Made by a program: the position numbers and the translations under genes. The notes under the pieces are model-generated. The model worked only from the letters and a program-made list of their open reading frames with translations. It did not search any database and was not told the DNA's origin. Positions 25,611 through 39,049 of a stretch of DNA of 64,000 nt are shown here, piece by piece. Origin of the DNA: Nemertoderma westbladi (lineage: Eukaryota; Animalia; Xenacoelomorpha); NCBI GenBank assembly GCA_032718475.1, contig JAUCBJ010008862.1:57624-121623 (forward strand), read 5' to 3'. Positions within the stretch are counted from its first letter, which is position 1; each line of letters begins with the position of its first letter.

Positions 25611-27956
25611 TACTACTACTACTACTAGGATCGGCATGCTGCATTGCAGCTGCATTGTTAAGAATGCTGTGCCGGCTTGTCAACAAAATTGCACCGCCAC
25701 AACTCACTATCACCCATGACATTTGCTAGATCATCCGCATCTTCAAGGCCAGTGTCCTTTAAGATGCGTCTCAAGAAAGTCATGGGCTGTCCACCATGCT
25801 TAATCACTCCATGAGGCTGCCAAAGTACAAGATTATGCACTGGTGGTCCTCACGGCGAAAGCAATGTCCTGCAAAGCGGAGGCGATTTTGTTCTTATTGG
25901 GGGAACCAATGAGACACCTCCAATGTTATATAGTGTCTGGTTGGAGATGTGTGCATTGTACTTGACACAATGAACCCGGCGTAGCATTCTTGTGAATGTG
26001 CCATCCAGAGATTTGGTGTCCTCAGCAGTTAGAGCCCAGCATGGACTCCCGTAAAGGAGTACTGGAACTACTGCTGCTCTAAATAATCGGACCTTAAGTT
26101 TCCGATTAATTCTCGGTGACTTCCAAATCCTGGAAAGCCTATTCAAGGCTGCCCATGCCTTTCCCTTACGTATTCGAAGGTCCTCACCTGACTTCCGGAT
26201 CCATGATCCCAGGTAACAGAAGTCGTCCACATGCTCAAGCATACCATCCTTTGAGCTTATGCTCATCCGATCAGAGACTTGCTGAGGACTTTCAAAGTTA
26301 ACTGTCAAAATTTTGGTCTTTCTGGAGTTAATAAAAAGACCAACACTAGAAGCAGCATGTTCTAATGAGCTGAGGAGCCGTTGGGCTCCCTCTAATGATT
26401 CTGAGAGTACTCCTCAGCAAAGTCTAGATCAGTTAGGTACTTGGCAGGATTTCCTCGACTTCTGGAGCCAGTAGGTGGAGTTATCATCACCCCATCATCA
26501 TTATGATGATCTAAGGACATGCGTAGAACATAGTCAACCACAATAATGAACAAGAATGGTGCAAGTGTGTCTCCTTGGAGGACGCCCCATAACACTTCAA
26601 ATGGTTCTGTGTCACCATCAACAGTAGACACAAATGTTGTCGAACCATCGTATACTGATCTGATTGCTGCAATAATTTCATCAGGAATCCCATATAATGA
26701 AAGTATGCTGAACATACGTGAGCGAGAGACTGAATCAAAGGCCTTGAAGAAGTCAACAAAGATAACAGCCAGATGCCTGTCTTTCTTTTTTGATAATTCT
26801 TCAATTATCCTTCTAAGTGCCAAAATGGGCTCCATGGTCCCACGACCTTTACGGAACCCATTCTGATTTCCACGGAGCAGTCTCTCAATGGGATCCCTGA
26901 TGCGATTTAATAGAATCCTATTGTATAGCTTTACAGCAATTGAGATCAATGAGATTCCCCTAAAAGAACCATAGAGTGTTAGGTTGCCCTTCTTGGGAAC
27001 TGGCACCAACTTATTTGTTTTCATTTCTTGTGGGACTCTTGATGTTCGGTACATGTCTACTATGATGGGATAGATGAGCTTTAAACACTCCGGTATTTTA
27101 AAGACCTCAGGGGGAACACCATCTACTCCACTGGCACGATTGGTCTTAATGCTCTTTGCAGCAGCCTTCACTTCTGCAAATGAGATATCGCCAATGGGAA
27201 TATCTGGGAGTACAGACTCAGACACTTTTACTTCTATAACGTTATCAATCAGGCAATACCCTGTCATTATTGAGGAGCTTTTCAAAGTGGGCTTTCCAAC
27301 CATTGAGGCGATCGGCTGGTGATTCAGCCTTAACCTTGGTGGTTGGTTGGCTCTTCCGCCCAGTAAGCAAGTTGATCGATTTCCATGCCTGGGATGCTTG
27401 CCTGCTGTCGTCAGCATCATTGATGGCATCAACCTGTTGGTTTATTAGCTCCTGTAGATTAACAGAGTACTGCCTGTTCAGGGACCTAGATGCAGCCTTA
27501 ACTGCATTCTTGGCCGCTGTTGTCTGTTTGAGTCGGGACTCTTTCTGCGCCTTATGAAGGTCATTTCGGCACTTCTGAATTTTCTTGTCAGTCCAGGGGG
27601 CCCTTTTCCTGTTTCGAGGGTATACGGAACTGTTTCTGCAGCTGCTAACTTAACTGCTTCTGTAAAGGCAGTATAGCCCTCACAGTGATCTGCCGCCTCA
27701 GAGGCAAGAGCCTCATACCTGTTGCTCAGCTGTAGTGTGAAGCTGGATCTCACACTTGGCTGTTGCAACAGAGAGGACCAGTCATGTCGCGGCAAGGCAG
27801 ATTTCGTTGTTCTGCTAGCACGCAAACTAAGTCTTACCTTGGCCACAATAAGGCGGTGATCACTGGAGAAGGGTCGAAGTGTAAATGCATTACAGTCTTG
27901 TATAGAGCTCCTGTATTTCCTACGAAACAGAATATGGTCTGCATGTATGCTGAATA
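25611..27956 (-). mobile_element. 5'-truncated, frameshifted RTE-like LINE (end of APE domain plus reverse transcriptase)
   Basis: Motifs SDHRL, ASGVDG, RGISL, QNGFRKGRGT, FVDFFKAFDSV, GVLQGDTLAPFLF, DLDFA (deletion/frameshift at the catalytic DD) and FCYLGS. (AGT)n tail at ~25611-25627. Confidence 0.92.
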
Positions 27957-28723
27957 TGGTGCAGACACCAGGTGCAGACACTGGTGCAAACACCTGGTGC
28001 AGACACCTGGTGCAGACACCTTTTAGCAAACACCTGGTGCAGACACCTGGTGCAGACACCTGGTATAGACACCAGGTGCAGACAGTGGTGCAAACACCTG
28101 GTGCAGACACCTGGTGCAGACACCTGGTGCAAACACCTGCGGGTGCAGACACCTGGTGCAGACACTCAGCGCAGACTCTGGTGCAGACACCTGGTGTAAA
28201 CACTGGTGCAGACACCCAGTGCAGACACCTGGTATAGACACCAGGTGCAGACACCTGGTGCAGACACCTGGTGCAAACACCTGGTGCAGACACCTGGTGC
28301 AGACACTCAGTGCAGACTCTGGTGCAGACACCTGGTGTAGACACTGGTGCAGACACCCAGTGCAGACACCTGGTACCTGGTGCAGACACCTGGTGCAAAC
28401 ACCTGGTGCAGACACCTGGTGCAGACACTCAGTGCAGACTCTGGTGCAGACACCTGGTGTATACACTGGTGCAGACACCCAGTGCAGACACCTGGTATAG
28501 ACACCTGGTGCAAACACCTGGTGCAGACACCTGATGCAGACACCTGGTGCAAACACCTGGTGCAGAAACCTGGTGCAGACACTGGTGCAAACACCTGGTG
28601 AAGACACCTGGTGCAGACACCTGGTGCAGACACCTGGTATAGACACCAGGTGCAGACACTGGTGCAAACACCTGGTGCAGACACCTGGTGCAGACACCTG
28701 GTGCAAACACCTGGTGTAGACAC
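27957..28723. repeat. 13-bp minisatellite (cagacacctggtg), right block
   Basis: Same unit and orientation as 25158-25610. Confidence 0.93.
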
Positions 28724-29019
28724 TAACCACTAACCCTGATGTCAAACCCTTCCAGAAGCGCCAATTGAACTTTCGCACTTTTTCGCACTGCGCTTCTTCT
28801 ACACGCTTCTTTTAGCTTTCTATGAGCTTCTTTTAGCTTTCTAAAATGTGGGGTCTGTTTTATTCCTAACCAAGTTCTTCGTCAATAGGGGTTGGTGTTA
28901 GATAATTTTGAAACATTGTAAGACAAGACGGACGGTCGTATAGACACGATAGGTTCCACCATTACAACCATTTTCCCACAGACGTACGCGAATTACGGAC
29001 GACAATAATTTATTTACAG

Positions 29020-29190
29020 GTATTTTTATGTGGCCGATGCGATTACCTAAACACGGTGATTAAAGACCCGTTGAATGAGTCCCTGAATTCTTGCGACCCC
29101 ATATCGTGTTTGCCGCTGGTAAAACTCAGTGGCGTTTCCGTTCAAGTGTTCCATAAGATCCTAGTTTATATATATTCTGACGACACAGAA
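29020..29190 (+). CDS. ABTB1: ABTB1 exon 6 (BTB2)
   Basis: VFLCGRCDYLNTVIKD...LPLVKLSGVSVQVFHKILVYIYSDDTE. Boundaries ttacag| and |gtaagt, phase 0-0. Confidence 0.93.
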
Positions 29191-29431
29191 GTAAGTCTCG
29201 ATTGCCATGGTTACCATTTCAAAATTAAGACATTTCCTTAAAAGTGAGACTCAATGTCATCCCTGGTTTGCTGCTGAAATTTGTATCATTTATTATGTTG
29301 CTTTTACGGAAAAATTAAATGAAACATAATAAGTATGTGTAAACTAAAATATTTAAAATGTTATATTAAACATTAATTTTTAGTTTTCAAGTTATTTGCA
29401 TTTTCAAAATTTTTCTTCTCCTCTCACTCAG

Positions 29432-29632
29432 GTTTCTCCGGACATCGCATACGATTTACTCGCAACCGCAGAAATGTATCTTTTAAACGGCCTGAAACGG
29501 ATCTGCGCGAATTGTATCGCGAGTAATATCACCTTGGAAACCGCGGTGAATGCGGTGGTAGCATCGCGACTATTTAATCTCCCCAGGTTGGAGGCGCAAT
29601 GCACGGAATTTATGGCCACTTGTTTAGATCAG
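29432..29632 (+). CDS. ABTB1: ABTB1 exon 7
   Basis: VSPDIAYDLLATAEMYLLNGLKRICA...SRLFNLPRLEAQCTEFMATCLDQ, phase 0-0. Confidence 0.94.
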
Positions 29633-29861
29633 GTTCGTATTTTAAGAAACAGCCTTTACCCATAGAGCTTATCTATATCCTTATCAGTTTTTACATTACC
29701 GTCCTTGTTTCTTACAAACCTTACTGCGATCCGAGTTTAAAACGACTCAAGTAGGTCTAATTCTAATCTTGTAAATGTGATCGAATACAGAAGTATGTTA
29801 TACTAATACACCGTTGTAATAGGGATTACCTATTTCTATGTTTTTATTTTATTTTCTTTAG

Positions 29862-30068
29862 CTCATAGAAAGACAAGACTTCATTGAACTTGTGAGAGAC
29901 GACGCTAGGTCAGTGATTGGTCGAGAGGATGTAGACTCTATACCAATCATAGACGACCTCAGATACATCATTAGCAGCACATTGGACTCCTTCAGTAACA
30001 TGGATGAGGTTCAGTGTAAACTTGCAATTTTGGATGGTGTAATCGAAAGTTTAGGTTTAGATGGATGA
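29862..30068 (+). CDS. ABTB1: ABTB1 exon 8 (terminal)
   Basis: LIERQDFIELVRDDARSVIGREDVDSIPIIDDLRY...LDGVIESLGLDG*, resembling the ABTB1 C-terminus (ETDSIPLVDDIR). The total CDS is 1446 nt. Confidence 0.93.
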   Translation, partial: LIERQDFIELVRDDARSVIGREDVDSIPIIDDLRYIISSTLDSFSNMDEVQCKLAILDGVIESLGLDG

Positions 30069-30132
30069 GATATTTCGAGTCACACTGCTGCACAATTCCA
30101 ATTAATTGGCGAACAATATAATATATACCTCT

Positions 30133-30138
30133 AATAAA
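30133..30138 (+). promoter_or_regulatory. Candidate ABTB1 polyadenylation signal
   Basis: AATAAA lies 65 nt after the stop codon and is followed by GT-rich sequence. Confidence 0.5.
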
Positions 30139-30780
30139 TTGTGTTTGTTTAAATAATATATCACTTATAGTCGCGTGGTCTCTTAGATTATTAAGTAATT
30201 AATCGTTTCTTAATTAACAGTCCTGCAGTTATCAACTGGAAATATAATTTAAGTTGAGACCGTTAGTAAAAAAAAACCTTGCCGGTAGGTATAACACTAC
30301 CGGTAAACAGAACTGGTCCCAGACGTTAGACTTAGTCCCTCTAGTGAAGGTATTCCCACACTAGAACGAAGTTATTTTGGGGAACACTCACTTTGGAACT
30401 TCGCAACGTGTAATTTTTCGCTTGACTTCTTGTCAATGCCTTCAGTCGCCGTCACTGGATCACTTGTAACTTACAGATCTCAGTTGCGTTTTAGTCACAG
30501 GGACCTAATGATCCTTGTGGATCGCTATGGTTTTATTTTTTTATAGTTTGCGTTAGTAATTCCTTCCGTTAATTAAATGGATCAGCGTTGTAAATATTAT
30601 TATCGGACCAGTACGGTGGCTGATTGTGGCCGTTATTGAAAAACCTTTATCGCCCGGGTGAAAAACCTTTTTCACCCATAAAAATATAAAAAAACTAGAA
30701 ACAATTGGCCGCAAGCAGCCACCGTAGACCAGAATGTATGTTTCGGTTATACAAATAAAAGTAAAATAAATAAAAGTAAA

Positions 30781-31052
30781 GTTTTCTTCGGCCGTTTGGC
30801 CAGGAATTAAGCACAAATTCGGACGACTTATTTCCAGTCCCCCAGTAATATACTCCACAGGAAAAAAAACTCAAGTACTCATTTAGCTATACCATTTAAG
30901 GGTGCAAGGCAGAGATGCGCCCTGGCTATAGTACCTTTAAAGCATTCATTTCGAGACTAAAACTCCTCTGGCTCCCATGCAGGGATCGAACCTACGACGT
31001 GAATTCAACAATCTGTCAAGACAACGGATTTAACTATAATACTACGCCACCC
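30781..31052 (-). mobile_element. tRNA-derived SINE copy
   Basis: The minus strand has TGGCGTAGT (A-box-like) and GGTTCGATCC (B-box). The body is similar to 4890-5066. Confidence 0.6.
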
Positions 31053-32454
31053 AAATGAAGCCACTTTTTCCAACAATAGTTTTATGTAACTTATTCACTT
31101 GCGGAAAGAATTTTGCACCGTTTTTCTACATTTTTGAAATTGTTTCTATTCTGTTGTATTCTAATAGACAGCTGTAAGATTGTAATTATAAGAGGATTCA
31201 TATCTATTTTTTAATATGTTTTTGTGTCATTCTAAAGACCATTTTAATGTTATTTTTTAACGACCCCCCTGGTGGCGTAGATTGAAAATGATTGACTACG
31301 TTTCTGACGTTGATTGACTATGTTTCTAGTCGTAAACCACAGGACTATAATAGTAATTGTAACTATATGGCGTGTAGTAGTCGCATTATTATTATATTAT
31401 ATTCATTGATAAACCTGTAACTTGTAAATAGCTTAAGAACGATTTAAGATAATTAACTCACCATTTACCTAAACTTTATAATAAAGGTATCGGTTTAATT
31501 TATACTTGTAGATTCTAGTTAGCCGTTATTCCAGCTAATTGGATATTTTGGCTCCTGTAAATATTCGCTGATAACTCGCCTGTAAATGTCACTTTTATAT
31601 TATTGCTGCGTATAACATTGTGTTGCATACCGGTTTTAATTAGCTACTTGTGTAGATGTTATTTTCTTTGGTATAAATTATTATTATAATGGATATATTA
31701 TTTTCCAGTTAAGAATATCATTCATACCATTTAGTATTAATTTATACTTCAAACATTGTTAAGCTACATGTAATACATTGTGTTGCACATGTTAGTTCGG
31801 CAACTACCAAATCATTCGTCGTGCTAAACATTAACCGGCCCCTACAAACGTAAAATCGTATTGGGATGATACTTTACAAGCGTTTGGATGTCAATAACCC
31901 TTTAAACTATAACTAAATGGCTATATATTATTTGGTGCTTTGTTAGGCGTAGCTTCTGTTCGCATGGTATAATAAATTACCTAGTAGGGTATGGCTATGC
32001 CTTACAGGCGATCTTGTGTACTACTGTAGCATAGCCTCTAGGGATATTATTGTAAAATATTATGACAGTTAATATTGAGAGAATAAATAAAAGTTAAACC
32101 GATCTTTGGAGGAATAACATCAACACTTAGAAGCGAAACTAAGTCTGGACTTCGTTCTACTTTAAATTCGTTCCATATGGCCAAAATATGAGTGTGAGTT
32201 TAACACCGTCCCGCTTACTTGTTTTTGAATTGTTTTGAACTTTTGAACTGTTTTTTGCTGCAGCTTGCTATTCATATGTACAACCTACTACAACACAGTC
32301 TAGGTCTTGAAGATGCTTTTATCCGATGTGATCTATCGTGGTACCGTATCTGAAGCCGAGAACTGTCACTGTCTACCTAATACAGTCTCAGAAAGGGTAT
32401 CAAAGTACAACTATTGTATTAGGCTTGGTGTGTAACTTGCTCTGTTTACTTGCT

Positions 32455-32537
32455 CAAGCTGTTCTCCGAACTGGTTAAGGCTTTGGACTAGAAATCCAAT
32501 AGGATATTCCTGCGTAGGTTCGATTCCCAGCTGGTAA
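32455..32537 (+). pseudogene. tRNA-Ser(AGA) pseudogene
   Basis: tggttaaggc, anticodon arm ttgga-ctAGAaa-tccaa, variable arm agga-tat-tcct and ggttcgattcc. The acceptor and T stems are mismatched. Confidence 0.75.
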
Positions 32538-32784
32538 TGATTATTTTGCACTTTTTTAAATTAATTCTTGAATGCCAAAAATCAATCATTACTGTAATTA
32601 AACCAACCTTGTTACGTATGAAAATATAACCTGAGCTCGCAACTCTTGTTTATTGTTTTGGTTAGAATAACCTTCCACTGTAACCTGTTCCTTTCCCTCA
32701 ATTAATGAATAACATTAATTAGCTTTAATAATGGTTGTCGGCATTGGTTGTCGGTAGTCGGTTGTCGGCGTAGCGTTTACACCC

Positions 32785-34425
32785 AAAGAATCGGAAGTTT
32801 TGTCAAAAATGAGACAGTCTGTCAGTCGGGAACGATAGTTTCAGACTTTTTATAAAAACCGAAAATAGTCGGTCAATCATTGATAAAATTAAACCAAACT
32901 TTGTATGTATGCAGTCCATTAAAAGTTTAGAAAGAATCGGAAGTTTTGTCAAAAATGAGACAGTCTGTCACCTGTCAGCCGGGAACGACAGTTTCAGACT
33001 TTATAAAAACCGAAAATAGTCGGTCAATCATTGATAAAATTAAACCAAACTTTGTATGTATGCAGTCCATCAAAAGTTTGGAAAGAATCTGGAATTCGGT
33101 CAAGAATGAGATACTCTGTCAGTCGGTACCGGTAGTTTCAGACTTTTTATAAAAACTGAAATAAGTCGGTCAATCATTGATGAAATTAAACCAAACTTTG
33201 TATATATGCAGTCCGTCAAAAGTTTGGAAAGAATCTGGAGTTCGGTCAAAAATGAGACAGTCTGTTTGCCTGTCAGTCGGTACCGGTAGTTTCAGACTAT
33301 TTATAAAAACCGAAATAAGTTGGTCAATCATTGATAAAATTAAACAAAACTTTGTATATATGCAGTCCGTCAAAGGTTTGGAAAGAATCTGGATTTCGGT
33401 CAAAAATGAGACAGTCTGTCAGTCGGTACCGGTAGTTTCAGACTTTTTATAAAAACCGAAATAAGTCGGTCAATCATTGATGAAATTAAACCAAACTTTG
33501 TATATATGCAGTCCGTCAAAAGTTTGGAAAGAATCTGGAGTTCGGTCAAAAATTAGACAGAGTCTGTCAGTCGGTAGCAGCGGTAGTTCCAGACTTTTTA
33601 TAAAAACCGAAATAGGTCTGTCAATCACAGATGAAATTAAACTAAAGTTGGTACGTATGCAGGGAATGTATGCAGTCCATTAAAAGTTTAGAAAGAATCG
33701 GAAGTTTTGTCAAAAATGAGACAGTCTGTCACCTGTCAGCCGGGAACGACAGTTTCAGACTTTATAAAAACCGAAAATAGTCGGTCAATCATTGATAAAA
33801 TTAAACCAAACTTTGTATGTATGCAGTCCATCAAAAGTTTGGAAAGAATATGGAATTCGGTCAAGAATGAGATACTCTGTCAGTCGGTACCGGTAGTTTC
33901 AGACTTTTTATAAAAACTGAAATAAGTCAGTCAATCATTGATGAAATTAAACCAAACTTTGTATATATGCAGTCCGTCAAAAGTTTGGAAAGAATCTGGA
34001 GTTCGGTCAAAAATGAGACAGTCTGTCTGCCTGTCAGTCGGTACCGGTAGTTTCAGACTATTTATAAAAACCGAAATAAGTTGGTCAATCATTGATAAAA
34101 TTAAACAAAACTTTGTATATATGCAGTCCGTCAAAGGTTTGGAAAGAATCTGGATTTCGGTCAAAAATGAGACAGTCTGTCAGTCGGTACCGGTAGTTTC
34201 AGACTTTTTATAAAAACCGAAATAAGTCGGTCAATCATTGATGAAATTAAACCAAACTTTGTATATATGCAGTCCGTCAAAAGTTTGGAATGAATCTGGA
34301 GTTCGGTCAAAAATTAGACAGAGTCTGTCAGTCGGTAGCAGCGGTAGTTCCAGACTTTTTATAAAAACCGAAATAGGTCTGTCAATCACAGATGAAATTA
34401 AACTAAAGTTGGTACGTATGCAGTC
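32785..34425. repeat. ~150-bp satellite (~11 units) with a 761-bp higher-order duplication
   Basis: Recurring gtcaaaaatgagacagtctgtcagtcgg...tttcagactttttataaaaaccgaaa...aaattaaaccaaactttgta. The ORF-track duplicates are offset by 761. Confidence 0.92.
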
Positions 34426-34847
34426 TTGTGCTGCGCGAAGGCCATACGAACGTGTTCTCGAATATTTATTACGTAACTAGAAAGCTGCTTAACTACACAA
34501 ACCAATATTGAGTTCCGATTTGGAGTACGCCTTGCAGACCCTAAAGTTGCTATTACATTTTCCTTAAATTACGTGCAAACCTTTTCTACTTCGATGCTTT
34601 TTCAATACATGTGATAAAATTTAAGAAATTCCACCAAAATTGTTTTATTTTATCTTTTTCGGCAGGAAAAAAGTAAAATCAATGCAATCCTATTAATTTC
34701 TCTTTACCCTAGGGAAAAAAGTACTGCTTTTTCTCCCGATTTTGAGATTTATTCGAGTGAAAAAGTAACTTAATTTAAGAATAAAATTAATATTTAAGTT
34801 TTTGGTTGACTGCTGTCTGTTTGCTTTTTGTTTTCTGTTTTTTTTTT

Positions 34848-35345
34848 GCTGTCGGTTGTCTGCTGTCGGTTGTCTGCTGATAATTATCTGCTCTCGGTTG
34901 TCTGCTGTCGGTTATCTGCTGTCGGTTGTCTGCTGACAGTTATCTGCTGTCGGTTGTCTGCTGTCGGTTGTCTGCTGACAGTTATCTGCTGTCGGTTGTC
35001 TGCTGTCGGTTGTCTGCTGATAGTTATCTGCTGTCGGTTGTCTGCTGTCGGTTGTCTGCTGTCGGTTGTCTGCTGACAGTTATCTGCTGTCGGTTGTCTG
35101 CTGTCGGTTGTCTGCTGTCGGTTATCTGCTGTCGGTTGTCTGCTGACAGTTATCTGCTGTCGGTTGTCTGCTGTCGGTTGTCTACTGACAGTTATCTGCT
35201 GTCGGTTGTCTGCTGTCGGTTGTCTGCTGACAGTTATCTGTTGTCGGTTGTCTGCTGTCGGTTGTCTGCTGGCAGTTATCTGCTGTCGGCTGTCGGTTGT
35301 CTGCTGACAGTTATGTGTTGTCGGTTGTCTGCTGACAGTTTATCT
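34848..35345. repeat. 14-bp minisatellite (ctgtcggttgtctg / ctgacagttatctg)
   Basis: Tandem 14-mers of two alternating variants, with a degenerate tail to ~35500. Confidence 0.9.
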
Positions 35346-37031
35346 GCTGCCGAGTGTGTCCTGACACAGTTGTTTGCTGATATTAAAAATTTTTTCTGCC
35401 GTTTGTCTGCTGGCAGTTGTTTCTACAGGTTGGCTGCTGATAGTTGTTTGCGGTAGTTGTTTGGGGTCGGTTGTCTGCTGTCGGTTGTCTGCTATCGGTT
35501 GACTCAGCTGTCGACTCCGAGGTTCAGTTGATACACAAATTAAAATTGAGCGATTATATCATAAGAAAATTAACAAAACCGCCAATCAATCAAAGAGAGA
35601 GAGACCTCTCCTTCACCCTTTCAACTACAATTACCACCCCAACCGAAAGGCACAGTCGGTACCAGTACGTGAGATTGAGGATGTACCGTAGGTATTGATA
35701 GTGAATTTGTGTTTTATAATTAAGACTTTTTACCACAATTAACATAATTAACTACTTTTATCTCAGCCTCGAAGGCCACACGCAATTTCAACTTGTAAAA
35801 TTTCTCAACTTTTGCTACATTGAGCACCAAGTTTGGTTAGATTTCATCGATGATTGGCGTTTAACGTTTAAATATTGGACATTTATGGCACCCTTACGCT
35901 AAGGCTCGCCTTACTTCTTGGCTCGTCCCATAAATAATAATAATAAGTACAGTGCTAAGGAGAAATGATAGCTGATTGGCCTCCGTTTTGTTGCTAGGCG
36001 ATATGTATGTATAGTTTGCAGCTGTTGAATATATCAATCGATCATAGCGATCTCTACTATTTCTGTATTTTTTTTTATTACCAGCTGCGGCTGCCCCAAA
36101 ACCGGTGCACGGTGCGGCATTTCAGTATTTATTAATCTTGCTGATGGTCCTGGAACCGGTACAACGGCACGCTTCATCTGTACATGGCCATGTTCATCAT
36201 TTATTTTATTCAATTGTGCAGTTACCGGTAGGCCTATGTTTTATATTTCGTATATGTATATCAGTATACCTGTACCGCGTACCGGGTGACCGGTATGCGG
36301 TATACCAGTATACTGGCTGACTGGTAGGTCTATATAGGCTAGCTGCAGAGCTGATAGCAATGGCTGTATGGCAAATGCGTAAATGGGATAAATAAACTTT
36401 GAAACAGATGGTACCGGTCTGCCGGTAGCAGATTTGCAAATTGTTGCAGGCGTAGCTAACTGGTAGGGTTCCCTATCCCTATCCCGATCGGGATAGGGAA
36501 CCTTACTGGTAGGCCTACATCGGTTGGTTGGAGTACAGGCTGACAGGAATTTTATATTGATATTGTTTTCTTGTATTGTTGGTTTTTAACCCAGTAACCA
36601 TGGAAAGATTGTTGTTTTATGAATATTTATTTTATTTTCTCATGTATGTTTTTAATACCCATAGATTGAATATATACCGGTACTAAATCTAAATTTCGTA
36701 ACGATTTAATTATGAAACACGTTTTTACTGCAAATCTAGTGCAGTTTGTGCATATTTTATATTATAGTCAGTTTTATTCAATCATGTTACATTAGACTGT
36801 ATGTACGAGTACGGTAGGGTGAACCGGGGTTGTATTTACGGTATTCTACAGTTCTATATTATATTTATGTTCATACTTTGTTTGTACCAATAAAAGCGCC
36901 TAGAACATCGCGTTACAAATATATTATTATTATTATTTATTACATGACTACCATACCAAGGCAGTTTCTAGTCTTATGTTTATTCTACCGGTAGCCTGTA
37001 GCGTAGCCGCTGATCCATGCTTAGGCAGTTA

Positions 37032-37591
37032 GGCCCGCCTTCCCCTAAGATGCAAGATGGAAAAATCGTTCCCGACGTAGACTAGAGATGCATGATGCAT
37101 CGTATTTTATTTTATATATTGCTAGCTCTTATGTTATTTATTTATTGCGTTTAAAATTTATTCCCATTATATATATCATTTCACGACAGCATTATTGGAT
37201 ACATCCAATAAATTACAAGAGACCTGTTATGGCAAAGTTATATGATCAACTTTGAGATGATCCCGACACCACAGACATTTGCGAATTATAATCGCATGTC
37301 CGTTGGTACATTTGTTGCACTTTTGTCACTAATTGATGGAAACATCCGAAAGTGTAGCACCAAGTTTAGAAAAGCGATTGGAGCGAAGGAAAAACTGTTA
37401 GTCACACTGAGGTACAGTATAATATAATTTTGGGTGGAAACACACGCTAATATTACTTCGATTATTTTAATGTATATTTCAAAAAAAATTATCACGCATC
37501 TTGCATCTCTAGTGTACGGCCTCCCATAGTCAAAAATAGAACATCGAGGATGTCCTTTTTTGCATCTTGCACCTCTAGTGTGCGGCGGGCC
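37032..37591 (+). mobile_element. Internally deleted PIF/Harbinger element
   Basis: TIRs ggcccgcc.../...ggcgggcc with TTA TSD (37029-37031 and 37592-37594). The internal fragment FANYNRMSVGTFVALL...STKFRKAIGAKEKLLVTLRY is typical of the Harbinger/HARBI1 nuclease N-terminus. Confidence 0.85.
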
Positions 37592-37869
37592 TTAGGATAC
37601 AGCCATTGCCATTACCACAGTACCTTTTTAAGCAGACTAGTACTGTCTTAACTGCGCGGCTGCGACGAAATGTTCAATTTAACCTAGTATAAATAACCAG
37701 ATGACAAGGTAGTGTGATGCGAATAAGAACACAATCATAATCTAATCACAGCTACGCAGAGTGCAGAGTAGCAGAGTCTGAGAGTTTCTATTGGAATTCA
37801 GGAATTATTCGGACTGTTTCGTATGGCAGTATTTGGGTACCGGTAGTTACATTTACAGTCAACCTCAGG

Positions 37870-37917
37870 ATGCTGCAGCCAGACTACCAGAAGATGGACC
37901 CAATTGGAGGCTCTCAG
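37870..37917 (+). CDS. Gene 2 putative first coding exon (MLQPDYQKMDPIGGSQ)
   Basis: Runs from ATG to CAG|gtttgg, phase 0, compatible with the next exon. Confidence 0.5.
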
Positions 37918-38132
37918 GTTTGGATATTAAATAACTAGACAATAAACATTGATATATTTGTATTGTATGCTTGTCATGTCAATGGTTTTTTGTACCGGAA
38001 CCCCCTCCCCAAAATCTCGAGTTTACCTCGAAATTTTGCTCCAATAACATAATGCAGGGTGGAGTGGTCGCTTGATGCTGTATAAGACAGGTTATCTTTG
38101 ATTCCCTTCTACCTCCAATATATATTTTACAG

Positions 38133-38297
38133 GATATTTCGCTTCGAATTTCGGATTTGCTGTCTCGTATCGACCAGAAAATGAAAGTAATCTTGTCTGA
38201 GCGCCCGAGTATAAACCTGGACCTGGGCGGTGGTGGATCCTCTCTCAACTATACTTCGGTGTTCCGAATAAACGGAACGCCGATTCTTCCACCTCTT
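38133..38297 (+). CDS. CCP110: Gene 2 exon with CP110-like N-terminal motif
   Basis: tttacag|DISLRISDLLSRIDQK...YTSVFRINGTPILPPL|gtgagt. The motif resembles the CP110 N-terminal S-x-x-R-x-x-G-x-x-I-L-x-P-L (recalled, not searched). Confidence 0.65.
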
Positions 38298-38851
38298 GTG
38301 AGTTCTGGTCGTTATTATTTATACTAAATTACTATTGTTTAATAGCTAGATTAGTTGCCTGTTCCGCTTTGGATGGAGTTGGTCTCACGATTACATTAAT
38401 ATCGTTAGAGTTTGTAGTTTTTGTTAGTTAGTAACATGGGGGGCTGCTCAACCAACATTTTTTTATTTTTATTATAACACAGGGGGGTTTGGGTCTCCTT
38501 CCACTTGATTTCTCAGTAAAGCACATTTTGTTTTGATATACCTGATACCTGTAATTAGGTGAACGTCTGTAGGTAACCAATCACCTGTAGCGTATCGTCG
38601 ATTTACATATTAACGGTACTCTAGTGCTAAATATTGGAAATAATAACCAACGCAGATCGGTGTTGAACAACAAGGGTGAAGGTGAAGGTGAAGGTATGGC
38701 AGACCAACAGAATTACTTGGATTTAAGTATTTTACAACAGATCTCTCAAACAGAACATGTTATGTTTCATTTCGATTTAACTCTCACAATATAAGATGTT
38801 TAACTAATTATTAGCCCTAAAGGATCGCGTTTTATTTATTTATCTGTTTAG

Positions 38852-38980
38852 ATGGACACGGCAGCCATAGAGGAGGCGCGTTATTGGAAGAGATTAGCCA
38901 TTGAGAAGGAGGAGCAGTTAAAGAGACTAGCGAGGGACAGATTGGCTAATAGGGTCGACCAAGCTGTTTATAGTTTAGAG
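38852..38980 (+). CDS. CCP110: Gene 2 exon, coiled coil after the CP110-like motif
   Basis: gtttag|MDTAAIEEARYWKRLAIEKEEQLKRLARDRLANRVDQAVYSLE|gtaagt, phase 0-0. Confidence 0.7.
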
Positions 38981-39049
38981 GTAAGTCGTTTTACTAATTA
39001 TTATTGGATATTAATTATAGTATAGGTCCTACAGTAGCATATTTTAATA

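Noticed and set aside
25109-28778. Cys-rich short ORFs flanking the LINE
   Set aside because: These are translations of the 13-bp minisatellite.
32455-32537. Functional tRNA-Ser gene
   Set aside because: The acceptor and T stems do not pair, so it is treated as a pseudogene.
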